Shown here one piece after another: positions 39,421 through 50,873 of a stretch of 64,000 nucleotides of DNA. The stretch is from Vitrella brassicaformis CCMP3155 (taxonomy: Eukaryota > Protista > Chromerida). The position numbers and the translations under genes are program-made. The stretch covers positions 496,001-560,000 of the forward strand of contig CDMY01000243.1 in NCBI GenBank assembly GCA_001179505.1, written 5' to 3'. Under the pieces are notes generated by a model, which was not told the DNA's origin, did no database searches, and saw nothing but the letters and a program-made list of their open reading frames with translations. The stretch's first letter is position 1. Each line of letters starts with the position of its first letter.

Positions 39421-40252
39421 GTATGCGTCGTTTGACATCTGTATTACGGATCCTGACGCAACGTCTTACGCTTCCAAGAACCGATCGACCAAGTCCATCC
39501 TGAAGCAGCACGAGACCGCCAAGAAGAAGAAATACCGCTCGGCCGTCTGCGACTCCCGCGTGACCTTCTGCCCTCTGGTGGTGACGTGTGACGGTGTGTG
39601 GGGACACGATGCCAACGTGTTCATCGCCCACATGGCTCATGCGCTGTTGGAGAAGGAGGGGTGGAAGGGTCGGGGGTCCAGTCATGTGTCTGGATGGNNN
39701 NNNNNNNNNNNNNNNNNNNNNNNNNNNNNNNNNNNNNNNNNNNNNNNNNNNNNNNNNNNNNNNNNNNNNNNNNNNNNNNNNNNNNNNNNNNNNNNNNNNN
39801 NNNNNNNNNNNNNNNNNNNNNNNNNNNNNNNNNNNNNNNNNNNNNNNNNNNNNNNNNNNNNNNNNNNNNNNNNNNNNNNNNNNNNNNNNNNNNNNNNNNN
39901 NNNNNNNNNNNNNNNNNNNNNNNNNNNNNNNNNNNNNNNNNNNNNNNNNNNNNNNNNNNNNNNNNNNNNNNNNNNNNNNNNNNNNNNNNNNNNNNNNCAC
40001 GAAGGGTCGGGGGTCCAGTCATGTGTCTGGATGGATTCGCTCTCGCTTGTCTATCGCCCTCGCGCGTGCGACTAGCTTCTGTCTGCGTGGGGGAGGGAGG
40101 GGAGGGTTTGCGGGACTGGGGTGTGCTGATGGGGCGGGGATTGATCCCTCCTCCCCTTGAGCCTGTTTGAGTCTGCGTGCTGATGGGACTGTATTTGTAT
40201 GAGTATCACGGACACACAGACGAGTGTTACGGTTAATGACAGTTTCCCCCCC
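39421..40252 (+). mobile_element. 5'-truncated CRE-clade-like non-LTR retrotransposon fragment (C-terminal REL endonuclease region)
   Basis: Intronless reading SFDICITDPDATSY...LKQHETAKKKKYRSAVCDSRVTFCPLVVTCDGVWG before the gap and VSGWIRSRLSIALARATSFCLRGG after it resembles the C-terminus of CRE-type ORFs. It is flanked by a 13-bp direct repeat AACAAACACATAC at 39408-39420 and 40253-40265. Confidence 0.75.
39698..39997. other. Assembly gap (300 N) with the same 34-mer on both sides
   Basis: GAAGGGTCGGGGGTCCAGTCATGTGTCTGGATGG at 39664-39697 and 40001-40034. Confidence 0.98.
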
Positions 40253-41023
40253 AACAAACACATACACGTACGTATCCGGATGAGGGTCGGTCGCTCTGTA
40301 TGTGCACCAAATCGCGCCTCCACAGCTGGACTCATGAACAATGTCAGCACATTCCCGAGCGGGGAACAAAGGCCCCCCTCACGTATAGCCGAAGGATCAC
40401 AACAGCACTAGCACTGCACCAACATACACAGACCAACACACAGACAGACGCATTTTCCAATCAAAAACCCTCCGCCTTGTAGTGTGCTCGCCCCGCCTAC
40501 TGACTGGCTTACTCCCCCTTACCGACGTCGCCAACATACTTCAGAGTCATATCCTCATGCTCAGGCAGCACCTGCAGCCAACACAAGCAGGCAGACGTAC
40601 ACGACTGTGTGGCTGGCTGCAGCTTGGTCACACGGCATTGCCGTACTCACTCACTTCGAACTGTCCCTCCTGCCACTACATTGGTCGGGATCTCTCTTGC
40701 AACGCCCCCAAGAAGCGTCCGGCTCTGGAAAGACACACACACACACACAGACGCGCATCACGAACAACACAAACGTATTTGTACATTCCTTGGTGAGCAC
40801 CCCGATGCTGTGGATCATCTGTGCGTGCGCCTTGCTGGCCTTGACACCTGGGTTCAAGCGTATTGCAAATTTACACCTGTACACTGTAGAGTTTGGGGTG
40901 ATCCAAGTTGCCGTACGCTGCCCGGAGGCTGTGAGCATCAGAGCAAGGTGCCGGGGAGCGGCAAAAGGACCCTCTCCGCCCGCCACCCGTCCCTCATCCT
41001 CGACGGACAGACAGACAGACAGA

Positions 41024-42613
41024 ATGGGTCCAAGAGGATCTCTCCTGCTAGGGGCAGTCGTCGTCAGCTGCCTCCTGCTGGGAGCGACAGCACAGACGCC
41101 AACTTGCGCAGAGGGAGGAACACTAAGGAATTTTGAGGAAGTTGAGACCCTCTCAGATCTGCTGGATCAGACGGTGGGTGACTGGGTCGGAACAGAAGAG
41201 CGTTTGACGCCGGTCTGTGTGGCCTTTGTTTGGTTCAGGAAATCGAGGTTGGTGGCCTAGCTTTCAACATATCTGGGTTTGTGGACGTGTGCTCGGAGGG
41301 CATCAGCAAGAATCTCAGCGACCCAGAGGTGGTTAACACCATCTTCGCCTTCACCGACGCAGCACTCGACCAAATCGTCGTCAACGCGCCAACATCAGGC
41401 TCCGTCGAACAGGTGAGTGGATGACCAAACTGGCCAGACAGACAAGGGAGGGGCTCACACACGACACATGTGTGTTGGTCTGGGCTTTGGTTGCAGTTCT
41501 GCCTGTACCACTTTGTGGAGGGCAAGATTTGCCCGGAATTATTCAAGCCCGGCACATCGCTCATCCCGTCAGAGGACTGTCGGACCCTCCCTGACATACT
41601 GGGCGGCGGCGACAAGTGCGCAGAGATCGCCGTCACAAGGATCGAGCAGAGAAGACGGCTGCAAGAGGGCGAAAAGGAGCATCATTATGGCTGGAGGCGA
41701 GTGGACATCCCCATTCTGCCGGAGGAGGAGTCTGGGAGCGTTGCGCAGCAAGAAGGCGGCACGGCGCTCTCCTTGACGAATGGCGGGCCCGGCCGAAAGA
41801 ACGAGCAAATTGTGATTGTCAAGGACGGCTATGGCCCCGGCGGCATGGAAGGAACGGGTCTGAGTGTGGAGCCGACCGTCATCGGCCGCCCCGCCCGCGT
41901 GATTGCTATTGGGGAGGCCGCGAATGGCGTGGTTTACATCATCGACGCCGTGCTCGAGTCGCCCGCACTCCCGAGGAACCTGCTTTTCCAGCGGCCGCCA
42001 GAGGGCGAGACGCTGTACTTCCAAAAGTCATCAGGTCAGTTAGTACAGTCTGTCGACAACAGGAGGAGCAGAAGCAGACACGATGGTGTGGTGTGTCTAT
42101 GCCATGAATGTGATGTGCAGGTCCGCCGTGCCCGCCTACGAAGGACTACGACTGCCCGATCAACGCCTTTTGCATCGCGGGTGTGTGCGAGTGCGACGTG
42201 GACTTTGACGCCGCGTTTGCCAACAGCAAGCAGGCGTGTCTTCGGTCCGACACGTGCCGCAACTGCAACCGTAACAGTGTGTGTATGCGCAACTCGCTCC
42301 TGCAGCAGTACTTCTGCACCTGCCTGCCCGGCTACTTCGGACAGGTACCTACACCGGCACATATATCCAAGGACCGGAGCAGCTGTATACGGACACACGT
42401 GTGTCTGTCTATCTTGTTGTGTTGTGTGTGCAGGGTATCGACTCTGACGGTGACACCAACTCATGCGGCAAGCCCAACCCCATCGACACGAACTCATCCA
42501 AGACCGAAATCACATACGCCGACAAGACACCCAAATTTGACGGGGACACCTTCCCCCCCAACAAGCTCCTCTCAGAGGTCGACAGGTTCTTCGGCAGCAG
42601 GCGGGGGCAGTGA
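41024..42613 (+). CDS. Secreted fasciclin (FAS1) + EGF-like domain protein
   Basis: Signal peptide MGPRGSLLLGAVVVSCLLLGATA-Q. FAS1 motifs TIFAFTDAAL (H1), LYHFV (YH) and ANGVVYIIDAVL (H2). Cys-rich EGF-like units CPINAFCIAGVCEC and CNRNSVC...FCTCLPGYFG. TGA at 42611-42613. Confidence 0.8.
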
Positions 42614-43326
42614 GACGAGACAGGCAGACACATGCATGATGGGGTCGGTTGGCTGGCTGCTTTTGCCTTTCTCTCTGCCTGCTGGCGGCCCTCAATCTAT
42701 CGCTTGCGTGGACCTTCCTGTCTGTCTGTCTGTCTGGTGTGTGCAAGTGAGGAGGCAAAGCCCTCTTCGCCCCTCTCTCTTTCTGTCCTTTCTATCAATG
42801 CTCCCTTCCTCCCTCCCTCCACCGCCCGCCCCCCTCCCTCCTTGCCTGCCTGCCTGCCTGCCTGCCTGTACGTTGCATGACTTTCCATTGTATGGCCGAC
42901 GGATGGGTACTATCGTGACCAACAGACACAGGTAAGAGTCCCGACAGGCCCCTTGGGGAGCGTGCATACATAGATGAATTGAGTTGCTAGTGGGTGAGAC
43001 GAGGTCAATCCATGGATGGGCGTACGATGGATGGATGGGTGGGTGGATGGATGGCCTGTCACACCGATTGATGCGTGAATGAATGAATGAATGGATGGAT
43101 GGACATTTCGTGTACATGTTGATTGCCTACAGCTTCCCCCCCTCCCTACCACCCTCACCGCCAGCGCACAGTGTTCGCATGATTGATTGAACGCAATCAG
43201 GGTGTCTCATGGTGCACGCACACACGCAAAGCGCAAGGTCTGATAAAAACACGTGCGTGTCCCGGCCCGCAGACATCCACGTGGAGAACTCAATACCAGC
43301 CCCCATCTGGTCATTCATTCATTCAT

Positions 43327-44474
43327 TCAGTCATCCTCATCAGAGTACCCTCCCAGCAGCTCGCTCAGCCCCTTGCCACCCTTTCCCCCACTGCTGCACA
43401 CATCACCTCCGCCGCCCTGGCTCACCACGGCATCTGCCGCCTTCTGCCGCTTGACACCCTCATCGCCCTCAGCCGCACCACCGCTGTTGCTATCGGCTGC
43501 TTTCCGCTTGACCACCGATATCCGTGAGAAGATTGACGGCCCGTTGTCAGCTGCGAATGACGCCCCTGCGGCCCCGTTGTTATCGTTGCTGTCATTGAGC
43601 TTGGCGGGCCCGGCAGCAGCAGCCGACGAGGAGCTTGGGGCGGGCTGAGGGCGGGGCGCTGCCGCTGCCTCGTGGTCGTCGTCATCTTCCTCCTCTTTGG
43701 CGAGCCTCTTGACGCCGAGCAAAGGCCTGACGGCCTCCAGCTCGGCCTCCTCATCAGCGGTCCAGTCGGCCTCTACTGTGGCGGTGGAGCGCTCCTCGAG
43801 GAATTGTAGTGCCTCCGAGATGGTGTCATCTCGACTCATGAGCCGCTTGTTCATCTTCCGGACCTCGTCAAGGTCCTCGAAGGTCTGGATCTCCTGCTGC
43901 GTGTTGAACTGCTTGTGCTCGAGGGCCTTCATGCTGTCGCCCTCGAGCTCAGCCATGTGCTTCTCCTTCATCTGGCTCTCAAGGATGTCGGCGTCGAGGT
44001 AGGCCTGGTAGTTGCGCTTGCCGCCTGTCTCGAGAATGTAGTCTGCGTGCTGCGGGTCGGTCTTGAAGGCCACCTCAGCCCGGCAGTTGGGACAGCGGCC
44101 GTAGAAGCGCCAGACGGCGATGCCCAGGTAGTCCTCGCCCTGCACCTTCTCGACTCGGCTGTTGAACTTGGTGCCGATGTAGACGTAGTCGCCGCATGTG
44201 TTGCAGCAGAACGTGAAGGGGAACATCATGCGCACGTTGAACAGCCGCGGACCCTTGCGCTTCTCCCGGACCTTGGACGGGTCACGCAGAGTGCGCAGCT
44301 TCACCGGGTCGAAGTCGGGCGGGTAGTACTGACAGACAGACAGACCATACACAAACACAACAACACAACACAACACAACACAAGACAAGACACATGAGTG
44401 AGACAACACAGGCAAGATGGTTGTTTTCGTGGACGTATTTGACTCACCTTGTTGAGCACTTTGCGTTCTCCCAT
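43327..44474 (-). CDS. YJU2: Splicing factor YJU2/CCDC94 (CWC16 family), 2 exons, 342 aa
   Basis: MGERKVLNK / YYPPDFDP...VRMMFPFTFCCNTCGDYVYIGTKFNSRVEKVQGEDYLGIAVWRFYGRCPNC...FKTDPQHADY. Exons 44474-44448 and 44328-43327 sum to 1029 nt. Confidence 0.96.
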
Positions 44475-44734
44475 GGTGGCGAAGCAGCACTAGCTATACC
44501 ACGCACAAGGCAAAGCGCGACAGACAGACGGCAAACACACCGGCGAGCAGAGGGGAAGATGAGATGCGATGGTCAGCCACACAAAACAGAACGAACAAGG
44601 CAACGAGCGGTAAGCGGAAGATGCGGCGCTCTCCTCCTCTGCCTTCGCATTTGAGCTCGCAGTGGAAAGCGCGCAAAAGATGGGGATGGGAAAAGCAGCG
44701 TCAGTGGCGCGTCTGCGTTAGGCGGAGGCTTTGT

Positions 44735-47700
44735 ATGGCTGATCCCGAGCGAAATGATGACCAAAGTGATCGCGGACCGTTCACATCTCCGACTCGTCGC
44801 GCTGTGAGGGCGCCGGGCGGCAGCTATTCGCCCACGCCCCGCTCGGATGGAGCCGAGCCATCGAAGAGATTCAGATACCCGCCTTACTCGGGCGACGGTC
44901 TCCTGTGGATGAAGCTGCACAATGCCACCATCTCGTACGCCAGCTGCAAAGACACAGATCCACCGACTCATTGTGTGCATTGCGCTGCTGCTGTTGTCCC
45001 CTCGTGTGGTTGTGTTGTGTGTTGTGTCAGTCTTGCTGTTCGCGTGTTCGAGGGAACACCCGTGGCGTTTTACCTGACTGCTGCAGAGGCGTGGAGCTGC
45101 GGGTTCACGTGCAAGCTGTGGTGGTCCGAGGTGCACTCGCATCGGGTGCTGCGACACTTCTTCCCGCAGGGATTCCCCGACGCGCTGCGGCCGTACCTGT
45201 GGAAGGTGCTGCTACTGGGCGACACCACCTACGAGGCATTTGACTATGAGGTCAGGCAGACAGAGATTGATTTCTAGGGACGACCGGCAGGGATGCGGGT
45301 GGGCGTGCGTGTGGTGTACGTGGTGTGTGCATTGCATTGTATGCAGGTGTTGTCATCGACACCGTCCGCGAATGATGCGGATATCAAAAGGGATGTCGGT
45401 GAGTGCAGGACTGCGGTCTGGTCTCTTGATGTCCCTATGTGCATGTGTCACCTGACCTGCGCAGGTCGCACCTTTCCCGACGTGGATGTCTTCAAGGAGA
45501 AACAGGGAGCCGGGTAGGCAGGCTAATCACACACACACATGCCACGGCACACAGGGTCACACGACATTCATTCGTCTGTGTCTGTCTGTTGTCTGTCTGT
45601 CTGCAGTCAGCAGGCATTGTTTCGTTTGCTGCGTGCCGGCTGCACGGCACTGGGAGAGGAGATCGGCTACTGCCAGGGCATGAACTTCGTCGCGGGACAC
45701 CTGCTGCTCGTATACGACCTCAAGGAACACGTAAGGCCCCCCGATACGATACCCACACAGCGGCTCTGCTATGGGCCCTGGACATATCGGCGTGCTGCTG
45801 CCTGTCTGTCTGTCTGTCTGTCTGTCTGTGTGTCTGTTTGTGTGTTTGTACGTCAGTGTGCGTTTCAGTGTTTCATGGCCTTGATGATCAAGCTGGAGAT
45901 GAAGGAATTCTTCAAACCAAGATTCCCCCAACTCCAGGTAAGGCCATCGACACGACGATCCGATTCACACAGATACACACACCGACAGACCGACAAGGCG
46001 TCGTGGACGGTATCTATTGTCTCCTCTCGTGTTGCCTTGCCGTGTGTGTTGTGTATAGGTTGCGGTGTCTCAGTTTGATCGTCTGGTCAAGGGTCACCTG
46101 ACGGACGTCCACCACTGCTTCCTCCAGTACCACATCAGCGCCAACTACTACGCTACTGTCTGGTTCATGGCACTGTTCGCCTATGGCGACCTGCCAGCAG
46201 CCATCGTGCACCTCATCTGGGTAACTGGGTGAACAACTGGGTGAACAGAACGACGGACGGGCGAGAAATAGAATAGCTAGTGCCTGTCGTTTTCATACAC
46301 ACATTGGATTTGTGTGTTCTCTGTGGTGCACCCACCCACTGCATGCAGGATGGGTTCTTTCTGTACGGGTGGAAGTGGATCTTCAGGGTTGGGTTGGCCC
46401 TTCTGGCGCTCGCCAAGGCAGAGCTGCTCCACCTGCCATTCGACGAACTACTCAAGGGACTCAAAAGTAAGGAGCTAAGCTGCCCACATGCACTGAGAGC
46501 ACACAGGCAGGCAGGCAGGCAGGCAGGGCACGGACATCGAATCGGGTATGTATCCCGTTTTCAATGCAGCCTTTCCGAAGCGTCTCTCGCTCAACAAGTG
46601 TTCGCTGTTCGAGGCCGCCCGATCTTTCAAGGTGACGAGGAGGCTGCTCGCCACTCTAGAGGTCCACCCACACCACTGGCCTCTGTTCGGGAGAGGTAAG
46701 TTATTAAGTCGTGAATGCACGACACGATCGCAACAACCAGAGGGAGAAGAGATGCACTGCACACGGCTGGCTGCTGTGTGTATGTATGGATCGATCAGAC
46801 ACGATGACTGGGGGCAAGGTGGTGTGGACTCTGATCGACGACGGTGGCGGGGAGTCGACTGGTGCGGCGGGGGAGGGCGGCGAGACGCACCAGGGGGAGA
46901 GGCACAACTCCCTCAGGCACCTCATACCCACGTACGCAACGCACGCAAGAGAGAGCTCAGGGCATCTGTCTGCTACGGCGGCTGACTCACCTCACTCACT
47001 GCTGTGTGTTGTTGGGTTGTGTGCAGTGACATGAACGCGTCGAGTGAGGCCCCACGTCACCGCACCGCCAAGGGTGGTCGGCGCAGGAAGGCCCGGCCGC
47101 CCTCCTCTCTCCTGCACTCATCCACCGCCCCTATCAACACCAAGCGGGCCGACCACGAGTCCCCCGACGAAGACTCGTCACCGCCACCGTCAGCGGTACC
47201 CTGCTCCCAGTCGGTGCCGAATGTGAGACAGCGGACGTCCACTGAGGGCTCCTCGCCACTCCTCTATGCCCCATCCATCGACGACGACACACTCACATCG
47301 GTCATATCGGAGACCGACTCGAGCCCCGGGGGAGCCGCGAGGCAGACAGAGGACGACGCCACCATGCGGGGCAGCGGCAATGATGCGGACAAGGGGGTTT
47401 TCCTGTTCTTCCCGTGGGCAAGGGGCAAGTCTTCAGCCACAGCAGGGAAGAGCACATCGTCACTGGCCAACGCGTCCCCGTCATGCGACGAGACCAACAG
47501 TGCCGTCGGGCCACCTGCCGAGGCGGCAGCTGCTGACGCGTCGCAGAGTGCCGCTGATGAGAGGATGACAGACGGCCCGGCGGAGAGCACCGAGGTGGCG
47601 TGCCCCCTTGCCATTCAGGATGACGAGAGTGACAAGGACAGGGAGAGCGAGGACACGTTCCAACCATTCCAGCGGGCCGATCCCTCCATGCCGGCCCTCC

Positions 47701-48811
47701 CATGGCGTTCCCCGTCGCTGCCCATCGCCTCATTCGACCGCCACACGCACAAGCACAAGACCACACGGAGGTTCACACCGACAGCCAACGGCTACCCAGC
47801 GGCTGACGACTCTGCTCCCTCGCCTGAAAAGATTGCGTTCCCCCCGCCTTTGTCGAGCAAGCCGAGTGTGCGGCGGTCGAGCAGTGGGGAGCAGCAGTGG
47901 CCACCATCGGCCCCTGCACCATTTAGGACCAGCCTCACTGACAAACCTGCCGCCAACAAGGGTGTCTATCGGCAGGGGCTGTCATATTGGCTATTTGGTT
48001 CAGCTCCGTCCCGGCCAGCCAACCCGCCCAACAACCATGTCCACAGCTTCCCCAATGTGGCGGAGCGACAGCAGGAGAGAGGCGGTGATGCGGACGGTGG
48101 TGCCCCGCAGCTGCTGATGGACTATTTGCAGCAGCCGCCGACCTTCCCTCCACCCCCGAGCCCGGCCCTCCGTACCCATGACGATGCCGACAAGAGGGAA
48201 GTGGTTAGAGACCGGGAGAGGCGGCGGGTTATGGTCCATCGCAATACTGGAGCCGTCATCGGCAAGACCACTGACGCAAACAGCGGTGAGCCAAGGGACA
48301 GACAGGCTTAAACAGTGCCACAATAAATCATCTTAATCTCTCTCTCTCTCTGTCTGAGTATGTGTGCGCGCGTGGTTCATTCAGCGTCTGCAGATCGGCC
48401 TGTGGTGTCGTCTCCGCCAGCGCCCTATCTGCTGGCGTCATCTGTGTCATCGCGTCAGCTGCCCCCGCTGCCCGTCAACGCGGCCAAGACACTGTCGCCC
48501 TCTGCGTTGGGGAGCCCTAAGCTGCCGACATCTGAGAGCGACGACGGCAGCACCATGCTCAGCCCCAGCATGCCGGGCGTCTCGGATGATGTGCCCATGG
48601 ACTGCTTCGTCGTGCGGAACAGAGATACAGGTGCATCCCTGCATGTGTGCGTGGACGTATCGGCTGAACTCATTTGCTTAAGCAATTGTGTGGATGTCTG
48701 TGTTGTCTCTCTCCCCCCTATCGGTCCTGCAATCCAGGTGAGACTTTTCCGATCTGGGAGCTGCTTCAGTCGGACAAGCAGGTGGTGGACATGGATCGCA
48801 TTGGCAGATGA
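44735..48811 (+). CDS. TBC-domain Rab GTPase-activating protein with long disordered C-terminal tail
   Basis: GFPDALRPYLWKVLL, DIKRDV-GRTFP (IxxDxxR), GYCQGMNFVAGHLL (YxQ), WFMALF and WDGFFLYGWKWIFRVGLALL. In-phase exons continue through a Ser/Pro-rich region to FVVRNRDTGETFPIWELL...IGR* (TGA at 48809-48811). Confidence 0.85.
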
Positions 48812-49030
48812 CTGACTGACACACAAACAGACGGACGGACGGACGGACGGACGTTTACTACGGACGGGGCGGGCATCGCATCGCATGACATAGTATTTGG
48901 TGCGCAGACAGATGTAGTTGACAGCAATTGGTTGACCAGACGTTGTGAGAGAGACATGCATGTTGTAACAATGATGGCCGAGTCATCGTAAACCACGAAA
49001 TTTCGTGTGGCTACCAAGCAGGTTGCGTCA

Positions 49031-49056
49031 AGGGTTTACTAGTAGGGTTTGGGGTT
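49031..49056. repeat. Degenerate telomere-like heptamers
   Basis: AGGGTTTACTAGTAGGGTTTGGGGTT: two perfect AGGGTTT units and one degenerate unit. Confidence 0.5.
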
Positions 49057-49217
49057 GACAGAAAATCGGCGACGCGTATGTGTACGTGTGACCAGATCTA
49101 TCTGCTGGGGAGTGGACGTCCACAGCAGGAAAACGATGCACGGGCAGTCCACCAACGCCACTCCACACAGGACGCGGAGCCGTCGACGCAATAAACCGAC
49201 TGCGGTCCTCCCCCTCG

Positions 49218-50119
49218 TTGAGCTCCCGCCATGCTGTTCCCCGTCTGCATCGCTTTGCTGACCCGTGCGTTGGCCTGCTTCGTCCTCCAGCCGCATGCAG
49301 CTACCTCGCACACGCGGCCGTGGCACGGCGCGCAGCGAATCGGGATCTTGTCCAGGATGCCGCACCTTGTCGGAAGCTGCTCCCGTTCCGGTTTCCCGAC
49401 AACTCGCGCTTGGCCGATGAGTACGTGCTCGAGAAGGACAGACAGCTGGAAGCCGAGTATTGGGGGAATCTGCGGGACCGTGGGCGCTTCAACTTCGACA
49501 GCGTCTTCACAGTGTTCATAAACATGGCACTCTGGAACTGTGGTCAGTCAGCCAATGGAAGGAAGGGCCATATCACGCGTCACCTGTCTGGCTGTCTGGC
49601 TGTCTGGCTGTGTGTGTGTGTGTGTGTGTGTCAGGCTATAGTGTCGACGAGATGCGCCCATATAAGGGCTGGACAAGGGAGAAGAAGATTGAGCTGCTTG
49701 GCGAGATCCGTGCCAGACGCGGTTTTCGCCCGGTTGAGGACAAAGCCCGACTGCTCGATCAAATCCACAAGCGCCACTGCACGGATGGTCGCACATTCAG
49801 CCAGTTCTACATCGATTTGCAGGCAGACGTCAAGAAGAGTGAGCGCGACCACTTAAAATGATCTCACATTGTGGCCAGCGTCTGTCACTCCTCGAGGACC
49901 TCTGTCTGTCTGTCTGTCTGTCTGTCTGTGTGTCGGCATGTGTGTGTGCCTTGTGTGTGTGCAGATCATGACGGATTGGGCTGTAGCGAGCCGATATGGG
50001 TGGGGTTCTCGGATGGTCACCCCTTCAGGTGTGCCCTCATGGAGATCGCCAAATACCTCGACATCGAGATCTGGACCGATGAGATGTATCCGGAGTGTGT
50101 ACCTACGGGCCAGGACTGA
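49218..50119 (+). CDS. Hypothetical protein (about 3 exons; N-terminal frame ambiguous)
   Basis: Protein-like in-phase exons KLLPFRFPDNSRLADEYVLEKDRQLEAEYWG... / GYSVDEMRPYKGWTREKKIELL... / HDGLGCSEPIWVGFSDGHPFRCALMEIAKYLDIEIWTDEMYPECVPTGQD*. No domain recognised. Confidence 0.55.
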
Positions 50120-50538
50120 GACTGTGCCATACATGGCCAGTATACAAGTTGGTGACGTGATACACAGCGCATGTACAGCTAGCCACCAATCTACGCTTGG
50201 TCAGCTTGAGGGTTGGTCGATGTTGACGCAGAACGTTGCTATCAGTCGTTGCCTCTTGTGATTGCAAACAGGCCATTGCTTTCACTCACTGAATTGAGTA
50301 CCATGAGTGGTCCAAATGCATCAATGAGTGAATCATGTCAGTCAGCCGAACCCCACGCCAGGCAGTCGTCATCGGGGGAGCGCACACACACATGCACCCA
50401 TTCCGTACAAATCACTCTCGCGTCTTACACACCACACCGACACAGACGTACGTACATGGAGGATATATACACACACACACATACATACATGGAGGATACA
50501 CAGCGACCCATACAAACAGAGGCAAATGCCGACCGATG

Positions 50539-50873
50539 CCCCCCCCCCCCCCCCCCCCCCCNNNNNNNNNNNNNNNNNNNNNNNNNNNNNNNNNNNNNNN
50601 NNNNNNNNNNNNNNNNNNNNNNNNNNNNNNNNNNNNNNNNNNNNNNNNNNNNNNNNNNNNNNNNNNNNNNNNNNNNNNNNNNNNNNNNNNNNNNNNNNNN
50701 NNNNNNNNNNNNNNNNNNNNNNNNNNNNNNNNNNNNNNNNNNNNNNNNNNNNNNNNNNNNNNNNNNNNNNNNNNNNNNNNNNNNNNNNNNNNNNNNNNNN
50801 NNNNNNNNNNNNNNNNNNNNNNNNNNNNNNNNNNNNNNNNNNNNNNNNNNNNNNNNNNNNNCCCCCCCCCCCC
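50539..50873. other. Poly-C tract interrupted by an assembly gap (300 N, 50562-50861)
   Basis: C23 at 50539-50561 and C12 at 50862-50873. Confidence 0.98.

Noticed and set aside
40484-41023. Upstream ORF extension of the FAS1 gene
   Set aside because: It runs through CA and GACA microsatellites, and the ATG at 41024 directly precedes a clear signal peptide.
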